Origin: a virus
DNA length: 64,000 bases
Reading direction: 5' to 3' (one strand)
Virus record (IMG/VR): IMGVR_UViG_3300028734_000012
Coordinates: 64,001-128,000 of that record
Shown one piece after another: positions 25,377 to 35,989 of the stretch. Under the pieces are notes generated by a model, which worked only from the letters and a program-made list of their open reading frames with translations, had not been told where the DNA came from and searched no databases. Each line of letters opens with the position of its first letter. Position 1 is the first letter of the stretch. Made by a program: the position numbers and the translations under genes.

Positions 25377-26701
25377 TCATAATTTTTAGAATCGAAAGGA
25401 ATGTTTTTTTATTGAGTAAAATCGAACAAGAGAACTTTATCTTATCCCTGTATAGAGATAAGGGTTTATGCTATAGAGAGATAGCTATTAAATCAAATGA
25501 AAAATTTTCGACTGATTATTGGGATAACGAAAGAATTAGAAGCGTTATTAGAAAGTCAAGAAAAACATCTAAAATTATCCCAAATAAACCACTTAATGTT
25601 CAAGAACATTCTATGGGTTATAAAGATAGCACACAGTTAAATCAAGATGGTTCAATGGTTTCTGACCGTATTATTGAAATATGTGAAGAAGATTTAAAAA
25701 GTCCAGAGAGATTATTAGAAGCGCATAAATTTGATGCTTCTAAATGGGAATTAATTAATTGTAAAAACAATTTGTGGAATGCACCAGCAGGAAACGGATT
25801 AAAGATTGTTATGTATCAAAGTAAAATCACAGTAAAACCAAAAAAAGATTTTGCTTGGTCAGCGGATTATATTGAACAGTTATTCGATAACATAAAAATA
25901 AAGGACATTTCAAATATCAAAAAAGAACAATATGAGAAGAATGGGAAGGCTTTAATACTTCCAATTACTGATTTACATTATGCTCTTAGAAGTTATGTTG
26001 AAAGTTCTGGTAATGAATACGACGAAAATATAGCTGAAAAAATATTCTATCAAGTTGTTAACGATGTATTAGAAAGAACTAAACATCTTAAATTTGAAAA
26101 AATATACTTCACTATTGGTTCAGATATAATCAATGTAGATAACAAAATGGGCACTACAACTAAAGGCACTCCACAAGTAGAATCTATGGAAGTTGAAAAA
26201 GCAGTTATTAACGTTACTAATATGTTAATTTCTACTATTGAAAGATTAAGAAAAATCTCTAATGTTGAAGTTATACATATACCGTCTAATCATGATTACC
26301 ATGTTGCTTTCGGAATTGCAAATGCTTTGCGTGTGAAATATGATGGCTGTGAAGACGTTAATGTAGACTATGAGTGGATTGAAAGAAAATATAAGGTTTT
26401 TGGTAAAACTTTAATTGGGTTTGCGCATGATTTAAGACAAAACAATATTAATGATATTGTTAATTCCGATGCAAGACAATTATTAGGTCAAACTGAAAAT
26501 ACGGTATATCTATTGGCTCACTATCACCATGAGAGCGTTGTTGATAAAGGTGGTACTGATGTAAGAAGATTGCCAACTGTATCCGCATTAAGTAGATGGG
26601 GATACGAACAAGGATATGGCGCTGTGAGAAAGAATCAGTCATTTGTACTTGATTCTGAACACGGTATAAGCGATATCATATATACATTTATAGAAGAATA
26701 A
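25346..26701 (+). CDS. calcineurin-like metallophosphoesterase with N-terminal HTH (true start probably TTG near 25412)
   Basis: DLH, GSD, SNHD, AH and HYH motifs. Confidence 0.8.
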   Translation: MGYSYRRIGIIIIFRIERNVFLLSKIEQENFILSLYRDKGLCYREIAIKSNEKFSTDYWDNERIRSVIRKSRKTSKIIPNKPLNVQEHSMGYKDSTQLNQDGSMVSDRIIEICEEDLKSPERLLEAHKFDASKWELINCKNNLWNAPAGNGLKIVMYQSKITVKPKKDFAWSADYIEQLFDNIKIKDISNIKKEQYEKNGKALILPITDLHYALRSYVESSGNEYDENIAEKIFYQVVNDVLERTKHLKFEKIYFTIGSDIINVDNKMGTTTKGTPQVESMEVEKAVINVTNMLISTIERLRKISNVEVIHIPSNHDYHVAFGIANALRVKYDGCEDVNVDYEWIERKYKVFGKTLIGFAHDLRQNNINDIVNSDARQLLGQTENTVYLLAHYHHESVVDKGGTDVRRLPTVSALSRWGYEQGYGAVRKNQSFVLDSEHGISDIIYTFIEE

Positions 26702-26716
26702 AAAGGGGTTGGTTAG

Positions 26717-27763
26717 ATGGGAAGAACCGCAGTAAGAAGTAATCCAACTGCAACAGAAGCTGATAAGATTAAATGTGTAAAGTGTGGTACATCTAATCAA
26801 GCTAATTTTTATCAGTCTAAAGATAGATTTAGACAATATTTTGGGAAAATACCATACTGTAAAGAATGTACTAAAGAAATATATTCATATTATCTACAAA
26901 AATATAAGAATATGAACTTAGCAATATATTATATGTGTAGAAAGATTGACGTACCATACATAAACGTTTGTTATCAAGGTGCTGTTGTTAATATTAACAA
27001 TCCAGAATCTAAGATTAAAGGCGAAGATGCAATTGTACAATCATATATGAAAGGCTTAGGATTTTCAGAACAAAATGGTTGGGGGTACTCCTTTGATGAT
27101 TCAATGGGGGAAAATGAAATTGATGGATTGGCATCATTTGATGAAATTACTAAAATTAAGAGAAAAGCAAAGAACGAAGATATAGATACAGAAAAATATG
27201 ATATTATTGAATATGACACAGATGATTTACAACAAAAATGGGGAATGTTCGATAATGAAGATTTGGCTTATTTAGAAAATGAGTATCTTGATTGGCAAGA
27301 TAAACTTAACGGTATTAATGAAAAATCAATTGATATCATGGTGCAACAAGTTTGTTTACAATGTAATGAAATCAGAAAAGATAGAGAAATTGGTAACAGC
27401 GTAGAGAAGAAAGTAAAATCTTTATTAGAATTATTAAATACCAGTGGACTTGTTGAAAAACAAAATAGTGTTGGTTCAATTAAAGCTACAACTGGACAGA
27501 GAATAGAAGATTTAGAAAAAATTAGACCAGTTAAACAAGTTGACCCATCTTTTGAAGATGTGGATGATATTAACAAGTTATTGATTGGATTTATTGCTTC
27601 TACATGTAAGGCATTAGGTAAAACAAATGCTTATACAGAGAAATTTGATGAATTATATAAGGATTATACAATTGATTTAATCGAAGATATTCAAGATGTG
27701 AATGAAGAGGAATCGCCTATTTCGGATGTTCCAGAAGCTGTGGATGAAAAAGGTGAATCATAA
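26717..27763 (+). CDS. putative terminase small subunit (N-terminal Zn finger)
   Basis: Directly precedes the large terminase; CVKC...CKEC. Confidence 0.55.
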   Translation: MGRTAVRSNPTATEADKIKCVKCGTSNQANFYQSKDRFRQYFGKIPYCKECTKEIYSYYLQKYKNMNLAIYYMCRKIDVPYINVCYQGAVVNINNPESKIKGEDAIVQSYMKGLGFSEQNGWGYSFDDSMGENEIDGLASFDEITKIKRKAKNEDIDTEKYDIIEYDTDDLQQKWGMFDNEDLAYLENEYLDWQDKLNGINEKSIDIMVQQVCLQCNEIRKDREIGNSVEKKVKSLLELLNTSGLVEKQNSVGSIKATTGQRIEDLEKIRPVKQVDPSFEDVDDINKLLIGFIASTCKALGKTNAYTEKFDELYKDYTIDLIEDIQDVNEEESPISDVPEAVDEKGES

Positions 27764-29526
27764 TGCCAACGATTACAATAAAGAGATTAAAAAAGGAAAA
27801 TAAAACTCAACAACAAATTTATGCAGAGAACTTTGAAGAATGGGTAGGTTATTGGAGAAGTAATCCACATAGATTTATTACTGATTATTTAGGATTAGAA
27901 TTACATGATTTTCAAAAGGTATTGATATACCAAATGAATAAATATCCTAACTTTATTTTTATTGCAAGTCGTGGATTAGCTAAATCAACTATAACGCTTC
28001 TATTTGCAGTTCAACGTGCAATTCTTTATCCTAACCAAAAAATATTGGTTGTATGTCCTGTTAAAAGTCAGTCTACTAGATTTATAAAAAAGATACTAGA
28101 CTTTTCAAGAGATAGTAAAAATCTAAGTAATGAGATAGAAAAAGACGGTGTAAAAACTGGACAAAATGAAAGCAGTATTACTTTTAAGAACGGTTCTGTT
28201 ATTGCTACCGCACCTTATAGTGAAAACTCATTAGGTATTCGTTGCCATATATTAATTGTTGATGAATTTGTAAGAACAGAAAAAGAAGTTTTAACTAGAG
28301 TATTCGTACCAATGTTAACATCTCCTAGATGCCCACCATACAGAAGTTTAACTGCAAAAGAGAAAAATGCATTGCCATCAGAAGAACAAAGACAATTGTA
28401 TTTAAGTTCTATACGTGGAGCAGAAGAATGGTCTTATAAATATTTTGAACAATTTGTGCAATATATGTTAGATGGTAACATGGATTATTCTACTGTTGCT
28501 TTACCTTATCACTTTGGTGTAAAGAATAAGTTTATTACTCGTAAAATTGTAGAACAAAGTTTTAGAGAAAATCAAGAATCATTAGAAATACTAAAAGCTG
28601 AATATTTAGGTATTCCAGAACGAGGTAATGGTGATTCATACTTTAAATATACTGTAATGGATAAAGTAAGAACAAATACTAAAGCGCTATATGCTATGAG
28701 TAATGAAGAGTTCGTAGATTTCAAAGAAGATAAGACTAAATGGCAGTTCTATCAAGAAAAGTTACCAAATGAAATTCGTCTTTTATGTATGGATGTCGCG
28801 CTGATAGAATCAGCAAAAAACGATAATACCGCTTACTGGATTATAAGACTAATTCCAAGTGATGGTAAGTATAAGAAAATTGTAGCGTATGGTGAAAGCC
28901 TACATGGTATTAACTCACTTATTCAAGCTAGACGTTCTAAACAATTGTTCTATGAATTAGATTGTGACTATTTTGTTATCGATACACAGGGAAATGGTGT
29001 TGGTGTATTCGATGCTTGTACTACAGAAACTTATGATGAAGAACGTGGTGAAAATTATCCTGCATGGACAGTTGTTAACTATGACGATGTAAAAATGGTC
29101 AATAGAACTATTAGCCAAAATGCAGTACCATTGATTTATAGTGTTAAAACACCACCACAATTAAAACATGAAATGTTTATTAATATGAAAAATTTGTTTA
29201 CATCAGAAGAAGTTTCACTATTAGTGGAATCACAAGAAGCTGTAGAATATCTTAATAAATATTTTAAATATTATAAAATAGAAGATTCTAATTTAAGAAT
29301 TAGACTTTTAGATTCTTATGTTCAAACTAATATGTTAATTAATGAAGCAATAAATTTAGACCAAGTAGCAGGTGGTTATATCAATTTAAAAGAGAAATCT
29401 GGTAGACGTAAAGATAGAGTTATGTCTTTAGCTTACGGATTATACTATGCAAAACTTTTAGAAGATAACCATTTTAGCAATAATAATAGCGATTATGGTT
29501 TGCTAGACTACATACAATACGGATAA
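27763..29526 (+). CDS. terminase large subunit
   Basis: ASRGLAKS Walker A, LIVDE Walker B, YLSS coupling motif, MDVA...D nuclease, KDR. Confidence 0.9.
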   Translation: MPTITIKRLKKENKTQQQIYAENFEEWVGYWRSNPHRFITDYLGLELHDFQKVLIYQMNKYPNFIFIASRGLAKSTITLLFAVQRAILYPNQKILVVCPVKSQSTRFIKKILDFSRDSKNLSNEIEKDGVKTGQNESSITFKNGSVIATAPYSENSLGIRCHILIVDEFVRTEKEVLTRVFVPMLTSPRCPPYRSLTAKEKNALPSEEQRQLYLSSIRGAEEWSYKYFEQFVQYMLDGNMDYSTVALPYHFGVKNKFITRKIVEQSFRENQESLEILKAEYLGIPERGNGDSYFKYTVMDKVRTNTKALYAMSNEEFVDFKEDKTKWQFYQEKLPNEIRLLCMDVALIESAKNDNTAYWIIRLIPSDGKYKKIVAYGESLHGINSLIQARRSKQLFYELDCDYFVIDTQGNGVGVFDACTTETYDEERGENYPAWTVVNYDDVKMVNRTISQNAVPLIYSVKTPPQLKHEMFINMKNLFTSEEVSLLVESQEAVEYLNKYFKYYKIEDSNLRIRLLDSYVQTNMLINEAINLDQVAGGYINLKEKSGRRKDRVMSLAYGLYYAKLLEDNHFSNNNSDYGLLDYIQYG

Positions 29527-29547
29527 AAGTAAGAAAGGAGAGATAAT

Positions 29548-31152
29548 TTGGCTGACAACGATGGAAAACTAACAGAGGGCGAAGTAAACCAAGTTTTAAA
29601 CGCTTGGGATTTTCTTAGCTTTTCAAACGAATATAATAATCAATTCCGTAATACATATTTCACACCAGACACGGTGAATAGACAATTACAAAATATTAAT
29701 ATGAACCCCGTCGAAGGAACTATGGAAGGGATTGAAAGAGCATTAAGAGCGCCTAAAGATAGCGAAACTATATTAAGAAATTATAGTACAAATTTTGAAG
29801 TTCAAAATATGTTTTATAAAAGATTAATTAGATACTTTGCTGATATAGCTTGTTTTAATTTAACATTTGATTGTACAAACATAACCAAAGATGAAGAATT
29901 TAACTCTCCTGCTTTTAAGAAAGATTTAAAAATCTTAGATGATTTTTGTAGTCACTTTAACTTTAAAGAAGAGTTTCAAAAAGCAATGAAACAAATGCTA
30001 AGACAAGGAATCTATTATACTATACTTAGGGACGAGGGAAGTAAATATACACTTCAAGAACTTCCACCAGATTTTTGTAAGATTACTGGAAGACACGATT
30101 CTGGATTGTTATTTGACTTCAACTTCAACTGGTTTATTGGTAATTACGGTGTAGACATAAATATGTACCCTAAAGTTTTTAAAAGAATGTATAGGGAAAC
30201 ATTTAAGAATGTTTCTACAGAGTATGAACCATCTGGTAACGTTGATTCAAGGAATAGCACGTTTATTTATTGGCATCAATGTTCCCCAAAAGATAAGTTT
30301 TGGGCTTTTAAAATATCACCAGAAATAGCTACCTTAACCCCATATTTCGCCGCATTATTTCCAGAAATATCTATCCAACCAACCGTAAGGAAACTTCAAG
30401 AGGATAAATATTTTATTGAAGCTTCTAAGTTATTAGTTGGTATTATAGGAATGAATAAAGATAAAAAATCTGGTGCTGTTGCGAATCAAATTAATATCAC
30501 ACCAGATATTTTAGGTAAATTCTTAGGTGTAGCTAGACAAGGTTTAGCTAAACAAATTGGATTAACCGCATTACCTATGGATGATATTAAACCAGTAGAA
30601 TTTACTGTTTCTGAAAGAAATATGCTATCAGAGTATGTAGATAATATCTCTGCTCAAAGTGTTGCATCTTCTGAACCATTAATTAGTACTGATAGACTAA
30701 ATGTACACCAATCTAAATTAGCTAGTGCAATAGATAATGCTTTTATTAAATCTATATATCCACTATTTGAAGATTTTGTTGATTATTTTGTTAACGCAAA
30801 TACAAAGAAATACAAATTTAAAGTTAAATTTAGTGATATAGATATACCAGATGATGTTAAAGAAAGACAAGATAAATTTAAGAATTTAGCAACTATGGGT
30901 ATTGTTGATTTTCAACAAGTCTCAAGAATTTGTGATATGAATCCATTCGAACTTAATAGACATTTATCTTTATCTAAATCTATGGGATTTGATAAGAAGC
31001 TAATTCCTTTGATGAGTTTAAATAATCAAACTGCCGAATCACAGAAAGTTGACCCTACAAAAAAAACACAGGGTAGACAGTCTAAAGAAGATACTGACAA
31101 TGAAGATACTTTAAATAGTCAAGCGCGTGGAACTAGCGAGTTAAAAGAGTAA
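29548..31152 (+). CDS. portal protein
   Basis: Position after terminase; 534 aa; LP.DFCKI.G motif typical of SPbeta-like portals. Confidence 0.75.
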   Translation: MADNDGKLTEGEVNQVLNAWDFLSFSNEYNNQFRNTYFTPDTVNRQLQNINMNPVEGTMEGIERALRAPKDSETILRNYSTNFEVQNMFYKRLIRYFADIACFNLTFDCTNITKDEEFNSPAFKKDLKILDDFCSHFNFKEEFQKAMKQMLRQGIYYTILRDEGSKYTLQELPPDFCKITGRHDSGLLFDFNFNWFIGNYGVDINMYPKVFKRMYRETFKNVSTEYEPSGNVDSRNSTFIYWHQCSPKDKFWAFKISPEIATLTPYFAALFPEISIQPTVRKLQEDKYFIEASKLLVGIIGMNKDKKSGAVANQINITPDILGKFLGVARQGLAKQIGLTALPMDDIKPVEFTVSERNMLSEYVDNISAQSVASSEPLISTDRLNVHQSKLASAIDNAFIKSIYPLFEDFVDYFVNANTKKYKFKVKFSDIDIPDDVKERQDKFKNLATMGIVDFQQVSRICDMNPFELNRHLSLSKSMGFDKKLIPLMSLNNQTAESQKVDPTKKTQGRQSKEDTDNEDTLNSQARGTSELKE

Positions 31153-31158
31153 TGTACA

Positions 31159-31359
31159 TTGACAAAGGAACTGGGGTGTAATACCATGTTTATTCTTAAT
31201 CCTAAAATAGTAAATGAAGATAAACTATACCGTTGTAAAAAAGAAGAATCTACAATGTTATTAAAAAATGGTTTTTCATTATTTAGTATTGAAAAAGGAG
31301 ATTATATATATTATAAGACACAAGAATTAATACAATTTTTAAATTTAGGGGGTGAGTAA
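31159..31359 (+). CDS. small hypothetical protein
   Basis: ORF in head operon. Confidence 0.55.
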   Translation: MTKELGCNTMFILNPKIVNEDKLYRCKKEESTMLLKNGFSLFSIEKGDYIYYKTQELIQFLNLGGE

Positions 31360-32668
31360 AATGAACAAGTATTCTATTAATTTTTCAGTTGATAAAATTG
31401 AATTATTAGGAGATGCAAAAAGTAGTAGATTTCAGAAAGCTAAAATATATGCTTTTGCTGATGGTAAAAATGCTCATACTTTAGATATTGAGAATGATGT
31501 GTTAAATAAGTGTGCTGATACAATTTATGACATTCCGATTCTATATAAATATAATAAATACATAGGTGATTTTGAAGGTCATGAATCAGATGAAGTCCCA
31601 TGTGGGTTTATTAAAGAAGAAGAATCTAATCCAGTTGTGTTTAGTAAAGTACCAGACGGCAGAACTTTTATTACAATAATGGGAACTATTTGGAAGAAAT
31701 ATAGTGCTGATGTACTAAGAGTATTCAATGAAGATGGTAATAAAAAGGCTGTAAGTGTAGAAATGAGTGTTACTGATTCAGAAGAAATTGAAGACAAATT
31801 AAGGGTTAAAGAGTTTGTATTAGAGGGTGTTACTCTCTTAGGAGATTATATAAATCCCGCGGTTAAAGGCGCTAATATCCAATTGGAGTTTTCAGAGGAT
31901 AAAAAAGCCTACCTTAATGAAGTAGGCACTTCTGATGATTTAATAAATAATAATGAAGGTGCAGGTGAGTTGAAATTGACTAAAGAAGAGTTAGAATTTG
32001 CTGAAAAAGAAAAGGCAAACGAAGCTGAAAAAGCTAAAATAGCTAAAGAAGAAGAAGACAAAAAGGCAAAAATGAGCGCAGACGAAGCTGAAAGTAAGGC
32101 AGAAAAAGCTAAGGAGTTAGCAGATAAAGATGCAGAAGCTAAAGAAGCAGAAGCTAAAAAAGCAAAGATGAGCGAAGATGCTGAAATGAGTGCTAAAGCT
32201 GATAAAGCTAAAGCCGATAAAGAAGCCGCTGATAAAGCTAAAGCTGATAAAGAAAAAGAAGACAAAGAAGCTAAAATGAGCGCAGATGAAAAGTTCGAAG
32301 CTATGTCAGCAGAGAACGCTAAACTAAAAGAAGAAAATAAAGCTTATATGTGTCAAATTGAAACTATGTCTGATTATGCAGACTTAAAGAAATTTCAAGT
32401 AGATGCAGAAGAGAAATTAAAACAAGAGAAAGAGATGTCTGCAATCACTAAAGTAATGTCAGATATTGAAAATCGTGGAATCACTATGAGTGAATCCGAA
32501 AAGACTGAAATGCAGTCTAAAATTAAGGAATTTTCCTCTATTGAATCTTGGAGCAATTATGTAAAAGCACAGGTATTTGATAGGGCTGAAAATATAGATG
32601 GTATCGTAAAGATAGGTCTCCCATTCGAATCTCAAAGAAAAACAAATAGTATTTGGGATACAATATAA
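31352..32668 (+). CDS. prohead protease fused to scaffold
   Basis: N-terminal HK97-type protease (H, VSVEM, GVTLLG...PA); C-terminal E/K/A-rich coiled coil. Confidence 0.8.
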   Translation: MSKMNKYSINFSVDKIELLGDAKSSRFQKAKIYAFADGKNAHTLDIENDVLNKCADTIYDIPILYKYNKYIGDFEGHESDEVPCGFIKEEESNPVVFSKVPDGRTFITIMGTIWKKYSADVLRVFNEDGNKKAVSVEMSVTDSEEIEDKLRVKEFVLEGVTLLGDYINPAVKGANIQLEFSEDKKAYLNEVGTSDDLINNNEGAGELKLTKEELEFAEKEKANEAEKAKIAKEEEDKKAKMSADEAESKAEKAKELADKDAEAKEAEAKKAKMSEDAEMSAKADKAKADKEAADKAKADKEKEDKEAKMSADEKFEAMSAENAKLKEENKAYMCQIETMSDYADLKKFQVDAEEKLKQEKEMSAITKVMSDIENRGITMSESEKTEMQSKIKEFSSIESWSNYVKAQVFDRAENIDGIVKIGLPFESQRKTNSIWDTI

Positions 32669-32698
32669 TTTTTTATTTTAGAAAGGATGAATTGAATT

Positions 32699-33235
32699 AT
32701 GGCTACAAATGTTGTTATAAAAACTCGCGTACAAGCAATGAACATCGATACATACAACAGAACTGCTGTTGCTACTTCTGATGTTGAAAACGGTTCTGTA
32801 TTTAATCTTAACTCTTACTCTACAAATCTTGGAGAAGGCACAGTTTGGAATGCTACAGAAGCAGGTTCAGTATCTGCTAAAGGACTATGGATGGCTACAA
32901 GCCCAGAAGTTGTTATCACTAGAGACCTAATGGGTAGTGAATATAAAGGCTTAACACCAGACCCAAGAGCATTTATTAATTTCACTGGTCGCATGATTGA
33001 TGCTACATTCCTTGCTCCACATGACATTATCGAAATGACTTGTGCTGGAATTGCTGATGTCGCAACTCTTGGTTTCCTTACACCAGCCGCAACTGGATTT
33101 AAACTTGTTGCATCTGCAACAGCAGGGACTGGTTTCACATTAAAGAAAGTTGGAACAAGTATTCTACATATTGGTTCAAGCAATCTAGTTAAAACTCCCG
33201 TAACTACTTACAAATTTGAAGTAGTTAACAACTAA
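32699..33235 (+). CDS. head decoration / minor capsid protein
   Basis: Between scaffold and capsid genes; VENG motif. Confidence 0.6.
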   Translation: MATNVVIKTRVQAMNIDTYNRTAVATSDVENGSVFNLNSYSTNLGEGTVWNATEAGSVSAKGLWMATSPEVVITRDLMGSEYKGLTPDPRAFINFTGRMIDATFLAPHDIIEMTCAGIADVATLGFLTPAATGFKLVASATAGTGFTLKKVGTSILHIGSSNLVKTPVTTYKFEVVNN

Positions 33236-33261
33236 TTTAAGAAAGGTGTTGAATAAAAATT

Positions 33262-34359
33262 ATGACTAAACAATTATGTTTCTCTGCCAACCGTAATACA
33301 GTCGAGGTTGCATTTAGAGATTATATGAACACATATTTTTCTGAAACAGAAAAAAGAACTGGCTTCGCATACGACAACTCAATTTCATTTGCTGATAAAG
33401 AAAAGAAAATGAATAAGTTAATGAACGCTGAAATCTATAGACTTGCTAACATTGAGTTCGCAGAAAATTCAATGGTATCAAACGAAATGTGGGGTCAACA
33501 TCCTCTAATTAAGTGGGCTTCTTTTGCAGTTGCAAACTCACTAATTGATATGATTATCCCAGACGTTCTTGATAAAAGCATCGGCGCTTACACAGAACAA
33601 AGAAATGGTATGATTGGCGATAGCTTTGCTTTCGACGTTGAACCTAATGATTTGTTCTATGTATCTAAAGCTGGTAGAGACCAAAGAACAGTAGAGTTCC
33701 AAAGACAATACAACGGTCAAGTAACTGTTATGCCAGAAAATCGTGCTATTGCCGTTTCTGTTAACTTTTACAAAGTCCTTTGTGGTCTTGATTCTCTAGC
33801 TAAGTTTGTAATGAAAGCTATCCTTAGTGTAGAAGCTCAAATTACAAAAGAAGTTTACAAAGCATTTGATACTGCAATGGGCGACCTTCCTTCAACTCCT
33901 GTAGATGGTAATCTTAAAGTTGCAGGATTTACTAAGAAAGAAGCAGTAAGACTTGCCGCTACTGTTACAGCATATAATGGCGGTGCTAAAGCTGTATTCT
34001 TAGGTACTCCAACAGCATTAGCAAATATTCTTCCAGATGATGCAAACTACAGATACGATATCGATAGTGAATTTGTAAAAGTTGGTTATGTCAGAACTCT
34101 AGCAGGATATGACACAATGGTATTACCACAAATCGCTGATTGGTCTAATCCTTATAAATTAGCAATTGACGACGATAGAATCTATGTAATTTCTCCTTCA
34201 AGCCAAAAACTTGTAAAGCTTTGCTATGAAGGTTCAAGCACAAATAGTACTATCGCGGCTCAACAAACTGCTAACTTAACAGAATCTACAACTATCAACA
34301 AATCATATGGTATCGCAGTTGCTACAAATGCTATTGCAGGAATTATCACACTAGCTTAA
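33262..34359 (+). CDS. major capsid protein
   Basis: Position, 365 aa, highly expressed codon bias, downstream hairpin. Confidence 0.8.
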   Translation: MTKQLCFSANRNTVEVAFRDYMNTYFSETEKRTGFAYDNSISFADKEKKMNKLMNAEIYRLANIEFAENSMVSNEMWGQHPLIKWASFAVANSLIDMIIPDVLDKSIGAYTEQRNGMIGDSFAFDVEPNDLFYVSKAGRDQRTVEFQRQYNGQVTVMPENRAIAVSVNFYKVLCGLDSLAKFVMKAILSVEAQITKEVYKAFDTAMGDLPSTPVDGNLKVAGFTKKEAVRLAATVTAYNGGAKAVFLGTPTALANILPDDANYRYDIDSEFVKVGYVRTLAGYDTMVLPQIADWSNPYKLAIDDDRIYVISPSSQKLVKLCYEGSSTNSTIAAQQTANLTESTTINKSYGIAVATNAIAGIITLA

Positions 34360-34404
34360 TCGTACACGTTCGTACATAATATATTTATACATAAATATTA
34401 GGAT

Positions 34405-34437
34405 AGAAGGGATACCGACTTAATAGGTATCCCTCTA
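34405..34437 (+). terminator. hairpin after the capsid gene
   Basis: AGGGATACC-loop-GGTATCCCT; weak T-tail. Confidence 0.5.
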
Positions 34438-34469
34438 CCAATATTTGAATTGAAAGGGGATTTATTAAT

Positions 34470-35174
34470 ATGCCTAAGATTGCAAATGCCGCTTCTACAA
34501 TTGTAGAAGAAAAGGTTACTAACGTTGCTGAACCAACGATTGGCAACGCAGAATATCAACAAATATTACAAGACAATGCTGAACTAAAAGCTAAACTAGA
34601 GGTTTTAATTTCTAGTATGCAGAAATCAGATAATATAGCTAGTAAAATCGAAAGTCCTAAATTAGCAGAGGTAGAAGTCGAAAATGAAGGATTTGTAGAA
34701 CCATCCGCTAATAAACAAATTAAAGTAATGTCTTTATACTACGGTTCTTTAAATTTACCAACAGAAGAAGGTGGCTCGGCAAAATTGTCCTTTAATCAAT
34801 ATGGACAAGTTAAGTCAGTCTCTTATTCTAAGCTAAATGATATTGTTAATACTAATAAGAAATTTGTCGATAATGGATTGTTTTATGTTCTTGATAAAAA
34901 TGCCGTATACTTCTTAGAACTTACGGAATTATATAAGACTATTTTAAACAAAGATGCTATTGATAAAATTTGTGATTTTAGCGCTAATACTATTGAATCT
35001 ATGTTAGATAATATTACTGATTCACAAAAAGAAATAATTATTCATAATATTAGTATGAGTATATATGGTGGACAGGCTGTTGACTATAATAAAGTTGATA
35101 TTATTAGTAGAAAATTCGGAGTTGATATTAAAGCAAAAGCAGAAGGAATGAAAAGTTTTGATGTAAAAGCATAA
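34470..35174 (+). CDS. conserved phage protein
   Basis: Position after the capsid gene. Confidence 0.65.
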   Translation: MPKIANAASTIVEEKVTNVAEPTIGNAEYQQILQDNAELKAKLEVLISSMQKSDNIASKIESPKLAEVEVENEGFVEPSANKQIKVMSLYYGSLNLPTEEGGSAKLSFNQYGQVKSVSYSKLNDIVNTNKKFVDNGLFYVLDKNAVYFLELTELYKTILNKDAIDKICDFSANTIESMLDNITDSQKEIIIHNISMSIYGGQAVDYNKVDIISRKFGVDIKAKAEGMKSFDVKA

Positions 35175-35211
35175 TATTAACTTTATAATATAAAAAAGAG
35201 GGGGTGGGAGT

Positions 35212-35676
35212 ATGGAAACGGTAACTTCATTTGAGACTTTGTATAAATTATTTTTAGGGTCTATTCAAGATTATAAAATCAAAAAGATATTTCAAGAAGA
35301 TGTTGCAATTGCAGAAGATATGATGGATACATTTTTAATTAAAAGTATCCCTCGGTTCTCTTCTGATTGTATCAAGGATATTTCAAATGTAGACCTAGTT
35401 AGTAGAACATTTTTGGTGTCTTTAGATATTGATGAACTCAATATCATGGCTGATTCTATGGTTTTGACTTGGATGAATTGGTCGATAAATAATATTACAC
35501 AAATGGAGATAACTCTAAATGATAACGATTATAAACATTACAGCGAAGAGCGTAATTTAAGTGGTAAGAATAATCATAGAAATATGCTAAGAGAAATATT
35601 AGACCAAGATATTATAGTATATGGATTAAAACATACCCCTTTCAAAGAATGGGCGGCTGGAAATTATGGAGTATAA
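35212..35676 (+). CDS. head-tail adaptor (putative)
   Basis: Synteny and size. Confidence 0.55.
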   Translation: METVTSFETLYKLFLGSIQDYKIKKIFQEDVAIAEDMMDTFLIKSIPRFSSDCIKDISNVDLVSRTFLVSLDIDELNIMADSMVLTWMNWSINNITQMEITLNDNDYKHYSEERNLSGKNNHRNMLREILDQDIIVYGLKHTPFKEWAAGNYGV

Positions 35677-35989
35677 TATTAACAATATTAATATATCTGG
35701 CTCTGATGTAAATGAATACATAATTAAATTGATAAATGAAGTGTTTGCTATACTTCCTATATATGAGGAATGTGAAATAGCTGATGATTTTAAAAGATTT
35801 CACGTATATTTAGAAAGATTAATTATGGAAACAGCAGGTGGATATTTTAATTTAGGAACTAAAGGCTACTTAACATTAACAAACGTTTTAACAGGAGTTA
35901 ATATTAGTACACAGTTAAACCATGCAAATGTCAAATCATTAACGTTTTATTGCATATCAATTCTAAATGCATTAAAGGTGATAGAATGA
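35666..35989 (+). CDS. hypothetical protein
   Basis: ORF in operon. Confidence 0.6.
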   Translation: MEYNINNINISGSDVNEYIIKLINEVFAILPIYEECEIADDFKRFHVYLERLIMETAGGYFNLGTKGYLTLTNVLTGVNISTQLNHANVKSLTFYCISILNALKVIE

